Shown one piece after another: positions 1 through 13,039 of a DNA stretch of 64,000 bases. Position numbers and translations under genes: made by a program. How positions within the stretch are numbered: the first letter of the stretch is position 1; the number at the start of each line of letters is the position of its first letter. Origin of the DNA: the human T2T-CHM13v2.0 reference genome, Homo sapiens; assembly GCF_009914755.1 (NCBI RefSeq), contig NC_060944.1, one strand, 5' to 3'. Below the pieces are notes generated by a model. That model searched no databases, was not told where the DNA came from, and saw only the letters and a program-made list of their open reading frames with translations.

Positions 1-1455
1 TATGGTCCATGGTAAGCTTGTTGCTGGAGTTCTTGGGCAGGCTCACCTGGTGCTTGGTTCTATAGGGTTGGGCCTGCAGCCTGGGTTCACCAGGATTGAC
101 CTGTTGATTGGGTCTGCAGTGATGGTTCTATAGCCTTTTTCCATGTGGTTGGGCAGGAAGTTGAATTAACTGGGCAAGCCTGAATCCTGGCTGACTTGGC
201 ACTGGGGAAGTCCTGAGTCTGTGTCTGCAGTGTCCAGCCAGGTGCTGGGATGGGCGTGGTGTCTGTGATGGAACTGGAGCCTGAGTGTACAGATTCTAGC
301 CTAGCCCTGGGGAAATCCAAGAGCCAGGGTCCATGGCTATAGGTCTGGGTCCTCAGTTTTCAGAAGCTGTCCTGGAGACTGAGTCCACAGGGGTGGTTCT
401 TGAGCCTTGGTCCACAGGGAAAGCTTGTGCAGGAGTCTACTGGTGTGGTTCTGGACCCAGGGTACACTGAAACATGTCTGGATCTTGGGTCCACTGGAGC
501 CTGGTGCTCTGGGGACCAGCCTGGGTCCTGGGGCAGTGTAATGCAGGGGAGTCTTATAACCTGGGTCTGCAAGGTCTGGTCTGGTGCATAGGGCTACAGA
601 AGCCAGGCTGAAGGCTGGATGTGTGCATGCTGACCTGGAGGCTAGATTCATGAGGACTGGCTTGGAGCTTGGGACACAGGGCCTGGTTCAGATCTGTTGT
701 CATCCTGAAGGCTGAATGTGTGGGTACAGGCCTGGGTCCTGGGACTGTGTGGGCTGGCCTGGAACCTGGGTGTGCAAGGGAAATCCTAGAACCTGGGTTT
801 GCAGAGGCTGGACTGGCAGTGGAAACTTTTGAGATAGGCCTGATCTTTGGGTTTACTGGAGCACAGGATCACAGGGGATGGTCTTGAGTATATGCAGGCT
901 TGTATGCTCAGTCTTCTGGTGCTGACCTGAAGTCAAGGGTTTTAGAAACTGGACAGGTGCTGGGTTAGACCTGAAGGCTGGCTCTGAGGAGCCAGCCTGG
1001 AGCCTGTATCTGTAGGAGCTAGCCTAGTGCTGGGATTGGCCTGAAATCTGGGACCACAATAGCTGTCTTTGTGTTGGGGTGGGGCTGTAGCCTTGGACCA
1101 TGGTGCCAGCCTGAAGGCTGGGGTCCTGTGGGACTGCCTGGCACTGGTTTTACTGTGGTAGGTGCAGTGTTGAGGTCTGAGGCAAAGTTCAATACTCCCT
1201 CACCTTCCTTCAAGTAGGGGATGTTTCTGTCCACAGTGTATAGCCTGGAGTGAGAGGAAAGGTGATGTGGGTTGTATAAAACTCTCCTTACTGCACTCTT
1301 CAATGTTTTAGTCTTATTTCTGTGCTACCCAAGTGTTGCAATCTGACACTTGGTTTGATGAGCTCCTGTGAGGATATTTTATGTATAGTTAGGTTCAAAT
1401 TGAGGTATTTGAGAAGGGATGAATGTGGAAAGTTTCTATTCTGCCACCTTATTGA
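1..1455 (-). mobile_element. 5' UTR of an old L1 (L1M-type), running off the window start
   Basis: Degenerate GGCCTGGAGCCTGG-like motif array. Ends in TCTATTCTGCCACCTT, whose reverse complement AAGGTGGCAGAATAG resembles the L1 5' start AAGATGGC..AATAG. Subfamily not determined. Confidence 0.55.
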
Positions 1456-2283
1456 CATCACTCCAAGGATTTTTATTATAATAAACATTGTGAAAATGTC
1501 CTATGTAATTTAACTTGAAAAGTGGGCAATTTAATTCCTATATTCCTGAAGGTTTTCATTCTACCTAGGCTGGTTCAGAAGTTAAGCAGTTAGTTAATCC
1601 TCTGCTAAGTCTGAAGCCCTCTCACTCCCTTCCTACCTCTCCCATGCATCTGCACATCCCATACTGGGAAATCCCTCTCCTCTGGGAGAAAGTATCTTGG
1701 TCTTGATTTGTTTCTTAAACAAATCCTATACCTTCATATCTTATATAACTTCCATCCTACTTGATGCTGTTCTTTCATGTTTCTTATGTTGTTATCCAGG
1801 TTCATGAACCCCTGGGGATTTGCGAGAATGCAGACTTATTTTCCAAAGGCGGGGAGGCCCTGAGGTTCAACATTTCTAAGAGATTTTCCAAAGATGCTGC
1901 TGCCTCACACATCAGGACCATTTTACGAGGGTGAGCCTAGAAGTCTTTCTTCTGCCCACCAACATGCTGAGGATCAGGAAAGGCATGTGAGCCACCCTTC
2001 AAGAGAAGAGGCCACAAGACCAGGGGAGCCCAACACCATGTCTGAGCTTATCCAGGCACATGAGGTGCCTGAGAGGAGATAGTCATTGCACCTCTGGCCA
2101 CGTGGGTTATTGGCCGTGATCCCTGAGACAGCAGCTCAGATGTACCACTTGTGCCACCTGGAGCTGGCTCAGGAGTCCATCTACCCAGATCCTACTTGTC
2201 TGCCCTGGTGAGAATAACTCCATCAAACACCCAGCCCCTTTTATCGAGAACTACAGCACACAAAGTTTCTTAAAATGCTGATG

Positions 2284-2289
2284 TTTAAT
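2284..2289 (-). terminator. Poly(A) signal ATTAAA of CST9L
   Basis: About 190 nt after the stop. The same ATTAAACATCAGCATT context occurs in all three paralogs. Confidence 0.75.
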
Positions 2290-2481
2290 GATCTACACTA
2301 CATGATTAGGCTCAAGATGTGTGGATTTTCTAAAACACTGATCTGAGATCTCAAACACATGCAAAATAGGATAACAAACAAGTCCAAAGCTGCTCAGCCA
2401 CTGAAGAGTCCTCAGGAGAGTAGTGCTGATGTCCACGGAATGTGGGAGCAGCACATGGACAAGCCTGTGAGTGGGTTTCAC

Positions 2482-2571
2482 TCAGTGGAATCCCTCCAAG
2501 CAGGTCTTGTTCAGGAGGCTGAACTGAGTCATCCAGGGCCTGGTGCTGATGGTGAAGAAGCAGGTGAAAGT
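2482..2571 (-). CDS. CST9L: Cystatin-9-like, coding exon 3
   Basis: ttctctcag|ACT acceptor. TFTCFFTISTRPWMTQFSLLNKTCLEGFH* has the PW motif and second disulfide pair. Total 80+38+29=147 aa. Confidence 0.95.
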   Translation of the reverse strand, partial: TFTCFFTISTRPWMTQFSLLNKTCLEGFH

Positions 2572-3507
2572 CTGAGAGAACAAGCACAGGAAGGGACAGT
2601 GGGTGAGGGAGGCTCAGGAAGCTCATGGCTCAAGCTCTGAACAATGGCTTCCTCTCCACATTGCCCTTTCCCAGGTCAAGCAGTGGGAAGACGGGGCCTC
2701 TGGCTATCATGTGCTGCCCCCAAGCCTGAGTCCTGGGCTGTTCTGGAGATTTGAGCTGAACTGCAACTCTTTTCTGACCCAGGGGCGCCTGTGCAATGTT
2801 CCCCACTCCCTAGCAGTGGCCCTCAGGGGAACCCCGGGCTGTCCTGGTGTGATCCCTGCACCCAAGAGCAGCAGGAGAATGCATTGTCCCAGTGGAAGCA
2901 GTTCCCAGATTTAAGCAATCAGCTACCTATTTTTTAATATTACAATAAGGGTGTTGATTAAGCATAGGAAGAGTTTTCCCAGAGCCAGGCTTTACTTGGA
3001 GCTTGTCCCCTAGAGCAGGTGCTGCAGCTCAGCTCAGGGCCTGGGAGGGAGGGTAGTGGGGCTCCTTCTCAGCCTCTACCACTTTTGGGTCTAGGGGAGG
3101 GTAAGGAAACCCTGAGAACTGCATCCACAGACAGAGGTGATGTCAGATCCCAGGTTCTTCCAGAAGGCAGGGGAGGAAGACCAGAGAGGGGACCACTTCT
3201 TACTGGACCCAGGAGACTGGGACCCCAGGGGGAAAGAGCAGTCTGAAGGCCACGTGCCCTGGGTGCAGGCAGCTGCAGTGGCATGACAGGGCAGAGTTGA
3301 TAAACTCAGATTGGCCAGGAGCCTGCAAGTGGACCCCTAGCTGCCTGCCCCTCTGCGCTCCCCACTAAGGCACAAGCAGGGCAGCCTGGTAGAGGCTGCT
3401 GCAGGCTCACTCCTCTAAGTCTCTTTGTCAGTTGCACCTGTGCCCACACCACACCCCATGTGGCATCCACAGCTGTATCCAGGAGGGAAGCTGGTGTCCT
3501 GTCTTAC

Positions 3508-3621
3508 ATTGTTCAGCTCTGTGCTTTCTTGGAAATGGCAGTTGTCAATGTCGTCTTCAAATTTCCCACACCTAGTTCTCCCCAGCAGTAGCTCCATTGA
3601 GAATACAGTCTTGGACTCCAC
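3508..3621 (-). CDS. CST9L: Cystatin-9-like, exon 2 (114 nt)
   Basis: aatag|GTG acceptor. [38 protein letters not shown] carries the first cystatin disulfide pair. Donor GTAAGA at 3507. Confidence 0.96.
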
Positions 3622-4137
3622 CTATTGCACACAGAGAGATTAATGTGAACACACCCTCCTTGTTGCCCCTAAGTAGCTGCTGGTGAAGATGTCATTTGTG
3701 TAGGAGAAGTCCCAACATTCTCCTCCATTAGGGAGCTTGCCCATGGGCCTGGCATCAGGAGATCTTCTTTAGATTGGGCAGTTAAGAACAAAAAGCGGAT
3801 GGGCATGGTGGCCCCAGGGCAGACACCCATGAATGTATCCCTATTTCCAGATGCACTTCCCACTCTCCCATGGTGAGACCCCAGTTTCACTCTCAGTCAG
3901 TGTCTGAACCTGCAGCTGCATTTCCAGAGGATGGCGCTATGTGCCTGGGGAGGGGTTTGGCTCTCCAAGAGCTTTCAGGGTAACCTCAGCCCTGGGACAG
4001 AGGGAGCCTCATCTAGGGCATGTTGTCAAACCTTCCACCTGACCTGAGGAAAAAAAAAATGCAAGAATGCCACCCAGCACTCCCACTACACACAGGCATA
4101 CATCCTTGGGACAATGGCTTCAAGAAACACCATCTGG

Positions 4138-4439
4138 GGCCGGGTGTGGTGGCTCACACCTGTAATCCCAGCACTTTTGGAGGCTGGGGTGGGTGAATAA
4201 TGAGGTCGGGAGTTCGAGACCAGCCTGGCCAACATGGTGAAAACCCATCTCTACTAAAAATACAAAAGTTAGCTGGGCATGGTGGCAGGTGCTTGTAATC
4301 CCAGCTACTCGGGAGGGAGGCTGAGGCAGGAGAATTGTTTGAACCCGGGAGGCAGAGGTTGCAGGGAGCTGAGATTGTGCCATTGCACTCCAGCCTGGTT
4401 GACAGGGTGAGACTCCATATCAAAAGAAAGAAAGAAAGA
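4138..4439 (+). mobile_element. AluS in CST9L intron 1
   Basis: Alu dimer with (GAAA) tail. TSD AAGAAACACCATCTG at 4122-4136 and 4440-4454. The paralogous CST9 site (~41835) is empty. Confidence 0.95.
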
Positions 4440-4761
4440 AAGAAACACCATCTGCCCTATTGCAAAGTGCACCTTGATCTTCTCACTCCTTTCAGTTTCA
4501 CTTCATTCCATCTCCTTTCTCCCTATCCGTCCATTTCCCCAACTCCAAAACTGACTCTGGAATTGTCACATCCAGGAACCCACGTGGCAGGCTCCAGCCC
4601 AGAGAGCAGGGGTCAGAGAACCAGCCAGGGCCTTGCACAGGGTCTTTCCAGAGGCTGAAGCTTGGTGCAGGGTTGGGGTCCTTTTGCTCTTCTTGCAAGG
4701 TTTCAGTAATGAGGTAGGAAGAGCATTTTTGCCTCTCTACCCAACTAGAAGTCCTCAACTT

Positions 4762-5091
<330 letters not shown>

Positions 5092-5745
5092 TCATGCCTA
5101 CAGCACAGATGAACTGTGCATTCCTGATTGCATTCTGTAGTGACTTCATTAAAAGGAGAACATTTAGGATTAAGACCTGTGGTCTGAGGAAGAGTGTGAA
5201 ACAGTCTTCAGTTTATTAAGTGCAGACACACCAAGGAGCTCAGAGAAGTTGGAAATCAGCAAAGAGGAACTGACCACCCAGAGGTCTTTTGGGACTGGTG
5301 GGGGTTTCTTATTGCTCCTGAACCCTTACTGTTCTCTTTTTTAATTTTCATTTTTTAAATTATCTCTTTTTTATTACATTTTTTGGAAGTATTTCTCAAT
5401 TTCTCTCTATTCACATTTTCTGTTCAGCCCTTTTCCTTATTCCGTATCTTCATTTTCTTGGTAGTCCTCATTTTGAAGTCATTCTTCAGTTAAATAATGT
5501 CATAAAAAGATGGAGATTAAACAATATGTTTTTCATGAGAGTTGATTAGGATCAAATTATTTGAAATTTCTAACTTAGATGTTTTCAAAATCAAAAACTA
5601 ACTAAACTACCTTGTATTTTCTTAAGTATGGACTACAACTGGTGAACAAGACTCTTCAATAAGACCCCCTGCCCCCACCCCACTCCCATTTTTCACTGAG
5701 CAGCACATGCCAGATGCCAGGGCAGGAGGGTACGTGGTCACCAAC

Positions 5746-5985
5746 CTGCTCCTTCCAGGAATTCAAGATGTGCCCCAGTCTGTAGGCATAGTAGTCCTTG
5801 CTCTGTTGGTTGAATGTGTGGACAGCAAACTCCACTGTGGCAGGGAGGTAACGAGCCATGACATTGTGTTCATCACAGTCCCTTTGCTCGTGGAAATGCC
5901 AGGCATAGATCAGCAGGATCTGGGAGCCTAAGAGAAGCAGCAGCAGCGCCCAGGACAGACCTCCCTTCCACGGCAGGCCCAGCAT
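5746..5985 (-). CDS. CST9L: Cystatin-9-like (testatin-like), coding exon 1 (80 codons, with signal peptide)
   Basis: accATG at 5985. MLGLPWKGGLSWALLLLLLGSQILLIYAWHF...ATVEFAVHTFNQQSKDYYAYRL...SWKEQ. Phase-0 donor CAG|GTTGGT at 5745. Confidence 0.96.
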
Positions 5986-6061
5986 GGTGCTGACTGTAGG
6001 CACCGCTGACTTTGCTCTTCCCAGCCCCCGTGCCCACAGGAGTTAATTGAGCACAGACCCA

Positions 6062-6080
6062 GCCCTTAATCTTATCTGCT
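6062..6080 (-). promoter_or_regulatory. Putative CST9L core promoter (GATA motif AGATAAG plus AT-rich ATTAAG)
   Basis: About 80-90 nt upstream of the ATG. Motif match only. Confidence 0.3.
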
Positions 6081-7546
6081 CAGACAGCCCTGTGGGACAA
6101 ACTTGTCTCACCCCACACTGGCAACAGGCACTCCTACAGGACAGGAAGGACAGGATCCTGGATTAAAGGGAGGCAGCTCTGGATGTGGAGTCACTCATCT
6201 GCCATCCTTCTGCCCTATACTCTCTAGGCCAGCACAAGCCACAGGCAGGAGGGGAGCTACCCTCTGCCACTAGCTTTGAAGGCTGCTCCTTCAGAACCCA
6301 CAGGTTCTGGTTGTCCTCAGGTGCTTGGTGTCCTTGGATGATTCTGTGCCTTCGCCTCCCACAGCGAACTGAGATAAGACCTGGGGACATCTCGACTCTC
6401 ACTCTCCCCTCCTTCACCCCGTCGAAGAGAGGATCTCCGTTGTTCAGAAAAATAACTAAGATATCAGTTTGTTCTTTTGTTGTATAATACCTCAACAGTT
6501 GTACTCTGTGAACCAAGGGAAAAAATGAAAAAAATAAATGGCAATTTTTATCAACCATTTTGACCTGGGATGGACAATGAGTATTGTGAGAAAAGGGCAG
6601 GAAAGACAGAGACCCAAGTCCTGAGGCCCCAGCCTGGTCATGCCCAGCCCAGCCCTGCTTGCATTTCTAAACCTTGTCAGCCCTGGTTCCAGCTGAGCCA
6701 GAGCCAAGGTTTCTACAGGGCCCACCGCCCTACATCTGCAGCCCCACCACACACACTCATGTTTTATTAGACTGGAATATCATTCTAGACCAAATTTTTA
6801 AACACTTCCCTGGGAGATCACATGTTTCTGCCTCAGTGAGATAGAGGTTGGACCATTCTTCAGCCCCTTGATCATTTTTGTCTCCATCTGACCATCCTTC
6901 TTGGTGTTCTAGAGTGAGCTATTTTGCCAGCACTTAGGTGATACTAGGTGGTTACTTTTAAATCAATTTCCTGGCAATAACTAACCTGAAAGAGGAAATA
7001 ATAATATTTTGTTGCTGTAAGAATGAACATTAAATAGTGCAGGACAGGTGAAGTATGCAAAAGTGAGAGCTTTGAGTTTGGCTGAGAAGACTATGGTGCT
7101 GCAATATAGGCAAGAACCTAGCATTGTTGCCAGATAACAGAATAGAAAATTCAGTCCCAAGTCAGGGAGACTGATTCTACAAGAACTGTTCTGACTGTGT
7201 CCCATACCATGTTCCCAGATCACAGCAGGGCCAGGCCTGGGAAGAGCATCACTGCATCTGTCCACACTAGCACAGCACTGGCCAGGTCAAGACAGCTGCA
7301 GGTGAAGAGAGTCATGCTGCCTGACCCAACACTGGGGTGGTCCCGAGTGTCTCCTCACAGGAGACTTCACCCATCACAGACAGAAGAAAGTAGCTAGTGT
7401 GTGGGGAGCTGCTGCCCAGGAGCCATGTGCATCTTGATCTTCTGCCTTGACTCCAGGAAGTGGGTGACACAGAGTAGCTGAAACCTGTGTCCTGATTAGC
7501 AATGATAACAGGTGAAATCTGGCCCATTGCGTTGTTTCATGGGTTG

Positions 7547-7846
7547 TTTTTTTTTTTTTTTTTTGACGGAATCTCTGTTGCCCAGGCTTGAGTGCGGTGG
7601 TGTGATCTTGGCTCACTGCTGCAACCTCCGCCTCCCAGGTTCAAGAGATTCTCCTGCCTCAGCCTCCTGAGTAGCTGAGATTACAGGCGTGTTGCACCAT
7701 GCCCGGCTAATTCTTTGTGTTTTTAGTAGAGATGGGGTTTTGCCATGTAGGCCAAGCTGGTCTCGAACTTTCCTGGCCTCAAGTGGTCCTCCCACCTCAG
7801 CCTCCTAATGTGCTGGGATTACAGGCATGAGCTACTGTGTCCAGCC
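7547..7846 (-). mobile_element. Alu (older S/J)
   Basis: Poly(T) followed by antisense Alu dimer. Confidence 0.92.
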
Positions 7847-8693
7847 CCTATTGCACTGTCGAAATGTCACTGGTCTTCTGGATCACACCCAGCTGACCCA
7901 TTCTTCTCATATTTATTTAACCTTGGCAAACAAACAGCTCAACCACACAACTATTTGCAAAATTATTTGTGAGATCTACTGGGTTGTGAAAGATTTTCAC
8001 ATGAGAAAGATTTTCAATCAAACACAACTCACAAGTCAAGGGATCCATGACACAAGATTCACACTTTCCTTTTCACTTGGCAAAGTCTTGCTTATAATTG
8101 TGAAGCAGAAGCCAGCACTGCAGGATTCCTTACCACTGCATGAGTTACACAAGAATGAAAACTTCTCATGGGTTCCCTAAAAACTGAGATTGGAAAATGA
8201 CATAATAACAACAAAAATAATGGTGCAAATTGACATAGTTATATCTCATAGATGTGTCTTAGGTCTTTTCAAAGACAAGAGATAGGTCAAGAAAGACCTG
8301 AGGTGACCCTGAGCTTGCATCTCTGCCTGACTTCCAATCTCAGCACAAGCAAGGAACCTTGGCTAGGACAGAGGTGTGAGTGGCCTACGCATTGAAGGTG
8401 TGCCCCAATACACACACCAAGTGGGCTAGTTTTGGAAGGGTGTTGTTGTTGTTGTTACAGTTGTTTAGTGACTTTGACCACATGTAACAAGTAACACACT
8501 CTTCACAGAAATAGTTTAGAAAAGTCACTAAACAAAGACACAACTACAATCCACAGCAAGCAACAACAAATCTTAGGGAGAAAGCAGACTCAGACTCCTG
8601 GAGTTAACACAATTTAATATTTAAATAACCAGTTTTCCAAAAAAAATTATAAGGCATACAAAGGGACCTGAAAGTAAGCCCCATTTACAGTTT

Positions 8694-11540
8694 TCTTTGT
8701 GGTGCAATGCCTTTTCAGCTTGATGTAATCCTGTTTGTTTATTTTTGTTTTTGTTGCCATGATTTTGAGTTCTTACCTAAAAAGTCTGCCCACACCAATG
8801 TCCTGAAATGTTTTCCCAATACTTCTAGAAGTTTCATAGTTTCAGATCTTAAATTTAAGCGTTTAATCAATTTTTGTTTTTTTTATATATATAGTGTTTT
8901 ATATATATAGTGTTTTTTTTAATGTATATATAGTGAGAGGTAGTGGTCTAGCTTCACTTTTCCGCATTATGATCATCCAGTTTTTCCAGCAGCATTTATT
9001 GAAGAGACTGTTCCTTTTCCAATGGGTTTTCTTGGCGTCTTTGTTGAAAATGAGGTGGCTGTGAACATGTGGATTTATTTTTGGGTTCTCCATTCTGTTC
9101 CATTGGTGTATGTGTCTGTTTTTATGCCAGTGCCATGCTGTTCGGTTACTGTATCATTGTACTACAATTTGAAGTCAGGTATATTTTGATGTCTCCCGCC
9201 TTGTTATTTTTGCTAAGGATTTCCCTGGCTATTTGAGGTCTTTTGTGGTATTATACATATTTTCGGATATTTTTTTTGTCCTTTTCTGTGAAGAATGTCA
9301 TTGACATTTTGAATAAGGATTGCATTGAAATTGTAGATAGCTTTGGTTAGTATTGACATTTTAACAACATTAATTCTTCCAATTTATGAGCATAAATATC
9401 TTTCCAGTTTTTAATTTCCTCTTCCGTTTATTTCATTAATGCTTTATAGTTTTTTTGTAGACATCTTTTACTTCTTGAGGTAAATTTATTTCTAATTATT
9501 TTATATTTTTGTAGCTACTGTAAATTTGATTGCATTCTTGATTTCTTTTTCAGTTTGTTCACTGTTGGTGTATGTTAGTGCTACTGATCTTTGTACATTG
9601 ATTTTGTGTTTTCAACTTAACTGAATTCATTTAGCAGTTTTAATAGTTTTTTGACAAAGTCTTTAGCTTTTCCCAAATATCATAACATGTCATCTGTGAA
9701 CAAGGATAATTTAACTTCTTCCTTTCCAATGTGGATGCCCATTATTTCTTTCTCTTGCCTAGTTGCTCTGGTCGGGACTTTGAGTACTACATTGAATAAA
9801 AGTGGTGGAAGTCTTGTTCCAGATATTAAAGGAAAGAAATATATAACAAACCCACAGCCTTTATTTTGGCCTTCATTTTGAGGTATGTTCCTTTAAGCCT
9901 GTTGTGTTGAGAGCTTTTATCATGAAAAGATGTATGATTTTTGTCTAATGCTTTTTCAGCATCTATTGAAATGACCATATGGTTTTTGTCTTTGATTTTG
10001 TTAATGTGATGTGTCATATTTACTAATTTGCATATGTTGACCCATCCTTGCATCCCTGGAGTGGATCCCATTTGGTGATGGTGAATGATTTTTTTTACGT
10101 GTTGTTGTATTTTCATTTGCTAGTACTTTGTTGAGGATTTTTTTTTTTTTTTTTTTTTTTGCTCCTATGTTCACCAGGGGTATTGGCCTGTAGGTTTTTA
10201 TTGTTTTATTGTACCCTGAACTGGTTTTGGCGTCAGAGTAATGTTGGCTTTGTAGAATGAGTTTGGAAGTATTCTGTTCTTTTTTATTTTCTGAAATAGT
10301 TTGAATAGAATTGATAGTACTTCTTTACATGTTTGGTAGAATTCAGCAGTGAAGCTATTAGGACCTAGGCTTTCTTTGATGGGAGACTTTTTAGTACTGC
10401 TTTGATCTTCTTACTCATTGCTGATCTGTTTAGGTTTTCTGTTTTTTCTTGGTTCTTCTTGGTATGTTATATGTATCCAGGAATGTATTCACTTCCCCTA
10501 GGTTTTTTGCCATATATTTGTTCCTAATAGTCTCTAACAATCCTTTACATTTTTGTATTATCAATTGTTATGTCTCTGTTTTTGTTTCTGATTATATTTT
10601 TTTGAGCATTCTCTCTTTTTTCCTTACTCTAGATAAAGGTTTGCTGATTTTATCTTTTCAAAAGAATAACTTATTGTTTTGTTAGTCTTTTATATTTTTT
10701 AAATTCTCAATTCTGATATTTGTTACTTCTTTCCTTCTACTAATTTTGGATTTGGTTTATTTCTGCTTTTCTAATTTCTTGAGCTGCATTATTAGGTTGA
10801 AATATTTGAAATCTTAATACATTTTTGGTATAGGCATTTATTGTTATAAACTTGCCTCTTAGAACTCCCTTAGCTGTAGATTTTGATATGTTGTGTTTCC
10901 ATTTTCATTTGTTTTAAGTAATTTTTAAACTTCTGTATTAATTTCTTTATTGATCAATGATCCTTTAGAAATGTTGCTTAACTTCCATGTGTTTATATAA
11001 TTTCCAAAGTTCCTCTTGTTATTGATTTCTAGTTTTATTCCATTGTGGTCAGAAAAGGCACTTGATATGATTTCAACTTTTTGAAATTTATTGAGATTTT
11101 TTTTGAGGCCTAACATATGGCCTATCCTGGAGAATGTTTCATGTGCTGATAAGAATGTGTATTCTGTAGCAGTTGGATTAAATGTTCTCTAAATATCAAT
11201 TAGGTCTACTTGGTACTCTAGAGTGTCTTTTAACTTTGAATATTTTTGTTGATTCTGTCTGGCTCATCTTTCTGATTTTTTCTGGCTCATCTTTCATCTT
11301 ACTGAAAGGGGTATTAAAGTTCTCTACTATTATTTTATTGTAGTCTATCTCTGTGGCTTTATATCTATTAATGTTTGCATTATATGCTTGGGATATCCAA
11401 TGCTGGAAGCATAGATATTTATAGTTGTTATTCCTTTTGTTGAATTCACCCCTTTATCTTTATATAGTAAACTCCTTTTTCTCTTTTTTACAGTCTTTGA
11501 CTTAAAATATATTTTATCTTGTGTAAGCTTAGCTACTTCT

Positions 11541-11582
<42 letters not shown>

Positions 11583-13030
11583 AGATGGAGTCTCACTCTG
11601 TCGCCCAGGCTGGAGTGCAGTGGAGCAATCTTAGCTCACTGCAAACTCTGCCTCCCAGGTTCATGCCATTCTCCTGCCTCAGCCTCCTGAGTAGCTGGGA
11701 CTACAGGCACCTGCCACCACACCTGGCTATTTTTTTGTATTTCTAGTAGAGACGGGGTTTCACCATGTTATCCGGGATGGTCTTGATCTTCTGACCTCGT
11801 GATCCACCCACCTCAGCCTCCCAGAGTGCTGGGATTACGGGTGTGAGCCACCATGCCCAGCCCTACTTCTGCTCTTTTTATGGTTTTCATTTGTGTGGAA
11901 GATCTTTTTCCATCCCTTCACTTTCAGACTGTGTCCTTACAGGTGAAATGAGTTTCTTGTAGGCAAAATATAGTTGGGTCTTTATCCTTTATCCATTCAG
12001 TCACTCTATATCTTTTAGTTGAATAAGTTAGTCTACTTACATTTAATGTTATTATTGACAGGTATGGACTTACTGCTGCAAATTTATTATGTGTTTTTCA
12101 TTGTTTTGTAACTCCTCTCTTTCATTCTTTCTTACTGTATTCACTTGTGGTTAAGTAATTTCCTCTGGTAGTATCTTTTCATTTGTTGCTTTTTATTCTT
12201 AGTGTATCTATTGTAGGTTTCTGCTTTGTGGTTACCTTGAGGATTCCAAAAGATTCTCTTATACATATAACAAGTTACTTTAAACAGATGAGAACTTAAC
12301 TTTGATCACAAAGAAAAGAAAAGAAACAAAGGAAAGACTAAAAACTCTACAATTTAACTCCATCAACTCCCCGTTTTGACTTTTTGTTGTCTTAATTTAT
12401 ATCTTTTTTATTGCCTATCTCTTAACAGGTTGCTGTAATAATTTTTGTTAGATTTATCTTTTTTTTCCTCATACCAGATATATGAGTAGATTACTCAGCA
12501 CAATTACAGTATTAAAATACTCTGAATTGTCTATATATTTACTTTTACCAGTGAGTTTTATATCTCCAATAGCTTTCTTTTTGCATGTTATCATCCTTTC
12601 TCTTCAGATCAAATACATCAATTTAGCATTTCTTTTAAGATGGGTCTAATGGTTAAGGATTTTCTCAACTTTTGTTTGGGAAATGCTTTATCTCTTCTTC
12701 ATGTTTGAAGGAAATATTTGCTGATTACAGTATTTTTATTTGGCAGTTATTTCCCTTCAGCCCTTTGAATATGTAATCCCACTTCCTCCTGGCCTGTATG
12801 GTTTTTGCTGAGAAGTCTGTTGCCAGACAAATTGGAGCTCCTTTATGGTTTTTTTTTCCTTTCTTCTTTTATTTTGCTGTTTCTAGAATCCTCTCTTTGT
12901 CCTTGACATTTGAGTATTTGATTATTATATGCTTTGAGATGTGTCATTTGGGTCAAATCTGTTTGGTGATCTGACCTTCTTTAACCTGGATATTTATCTT
13001 TCCCTTGATTTGGAAAAATGTCTGTTATGA
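8694..13030 (-). mobile_element. Decayed L1 (L1MA/PB-type) ORF2-ORF1 fragment, interrupted by an Alu
   Basis: Minus-strand ORF2 remnants, e.g. [12 protein letters not shown] and SDHNGIKLEINN, with many stops. Confidence 0.85.
11545..11862 (-). mobile_element. AluY/Sc inserted in L1
   Basis: Long poly(T) and Alu dimer. TSD CTACTTCTGCTCTTTTT at 11533 and 11863. Confidence 0.95.
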
Positions 13031-13039
13031 TTTCTTGTT

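Noticed and set aside
1-1150. Quasi-periodic GGCCTGG/CCTGG motif array that could suggest a CRISPR-like or novel repeat system
   Set aside because: No fixed-length repeat-spacer structure. It is consistent with a degenerate old L1 5' UTR in eukaryotic DNA.
3924-3938. CTCF-like motif CCAGAGGATGGCGCT
   Set aside because: Spacing deviates from the consensus, so it cannot be supported from sequence alone.
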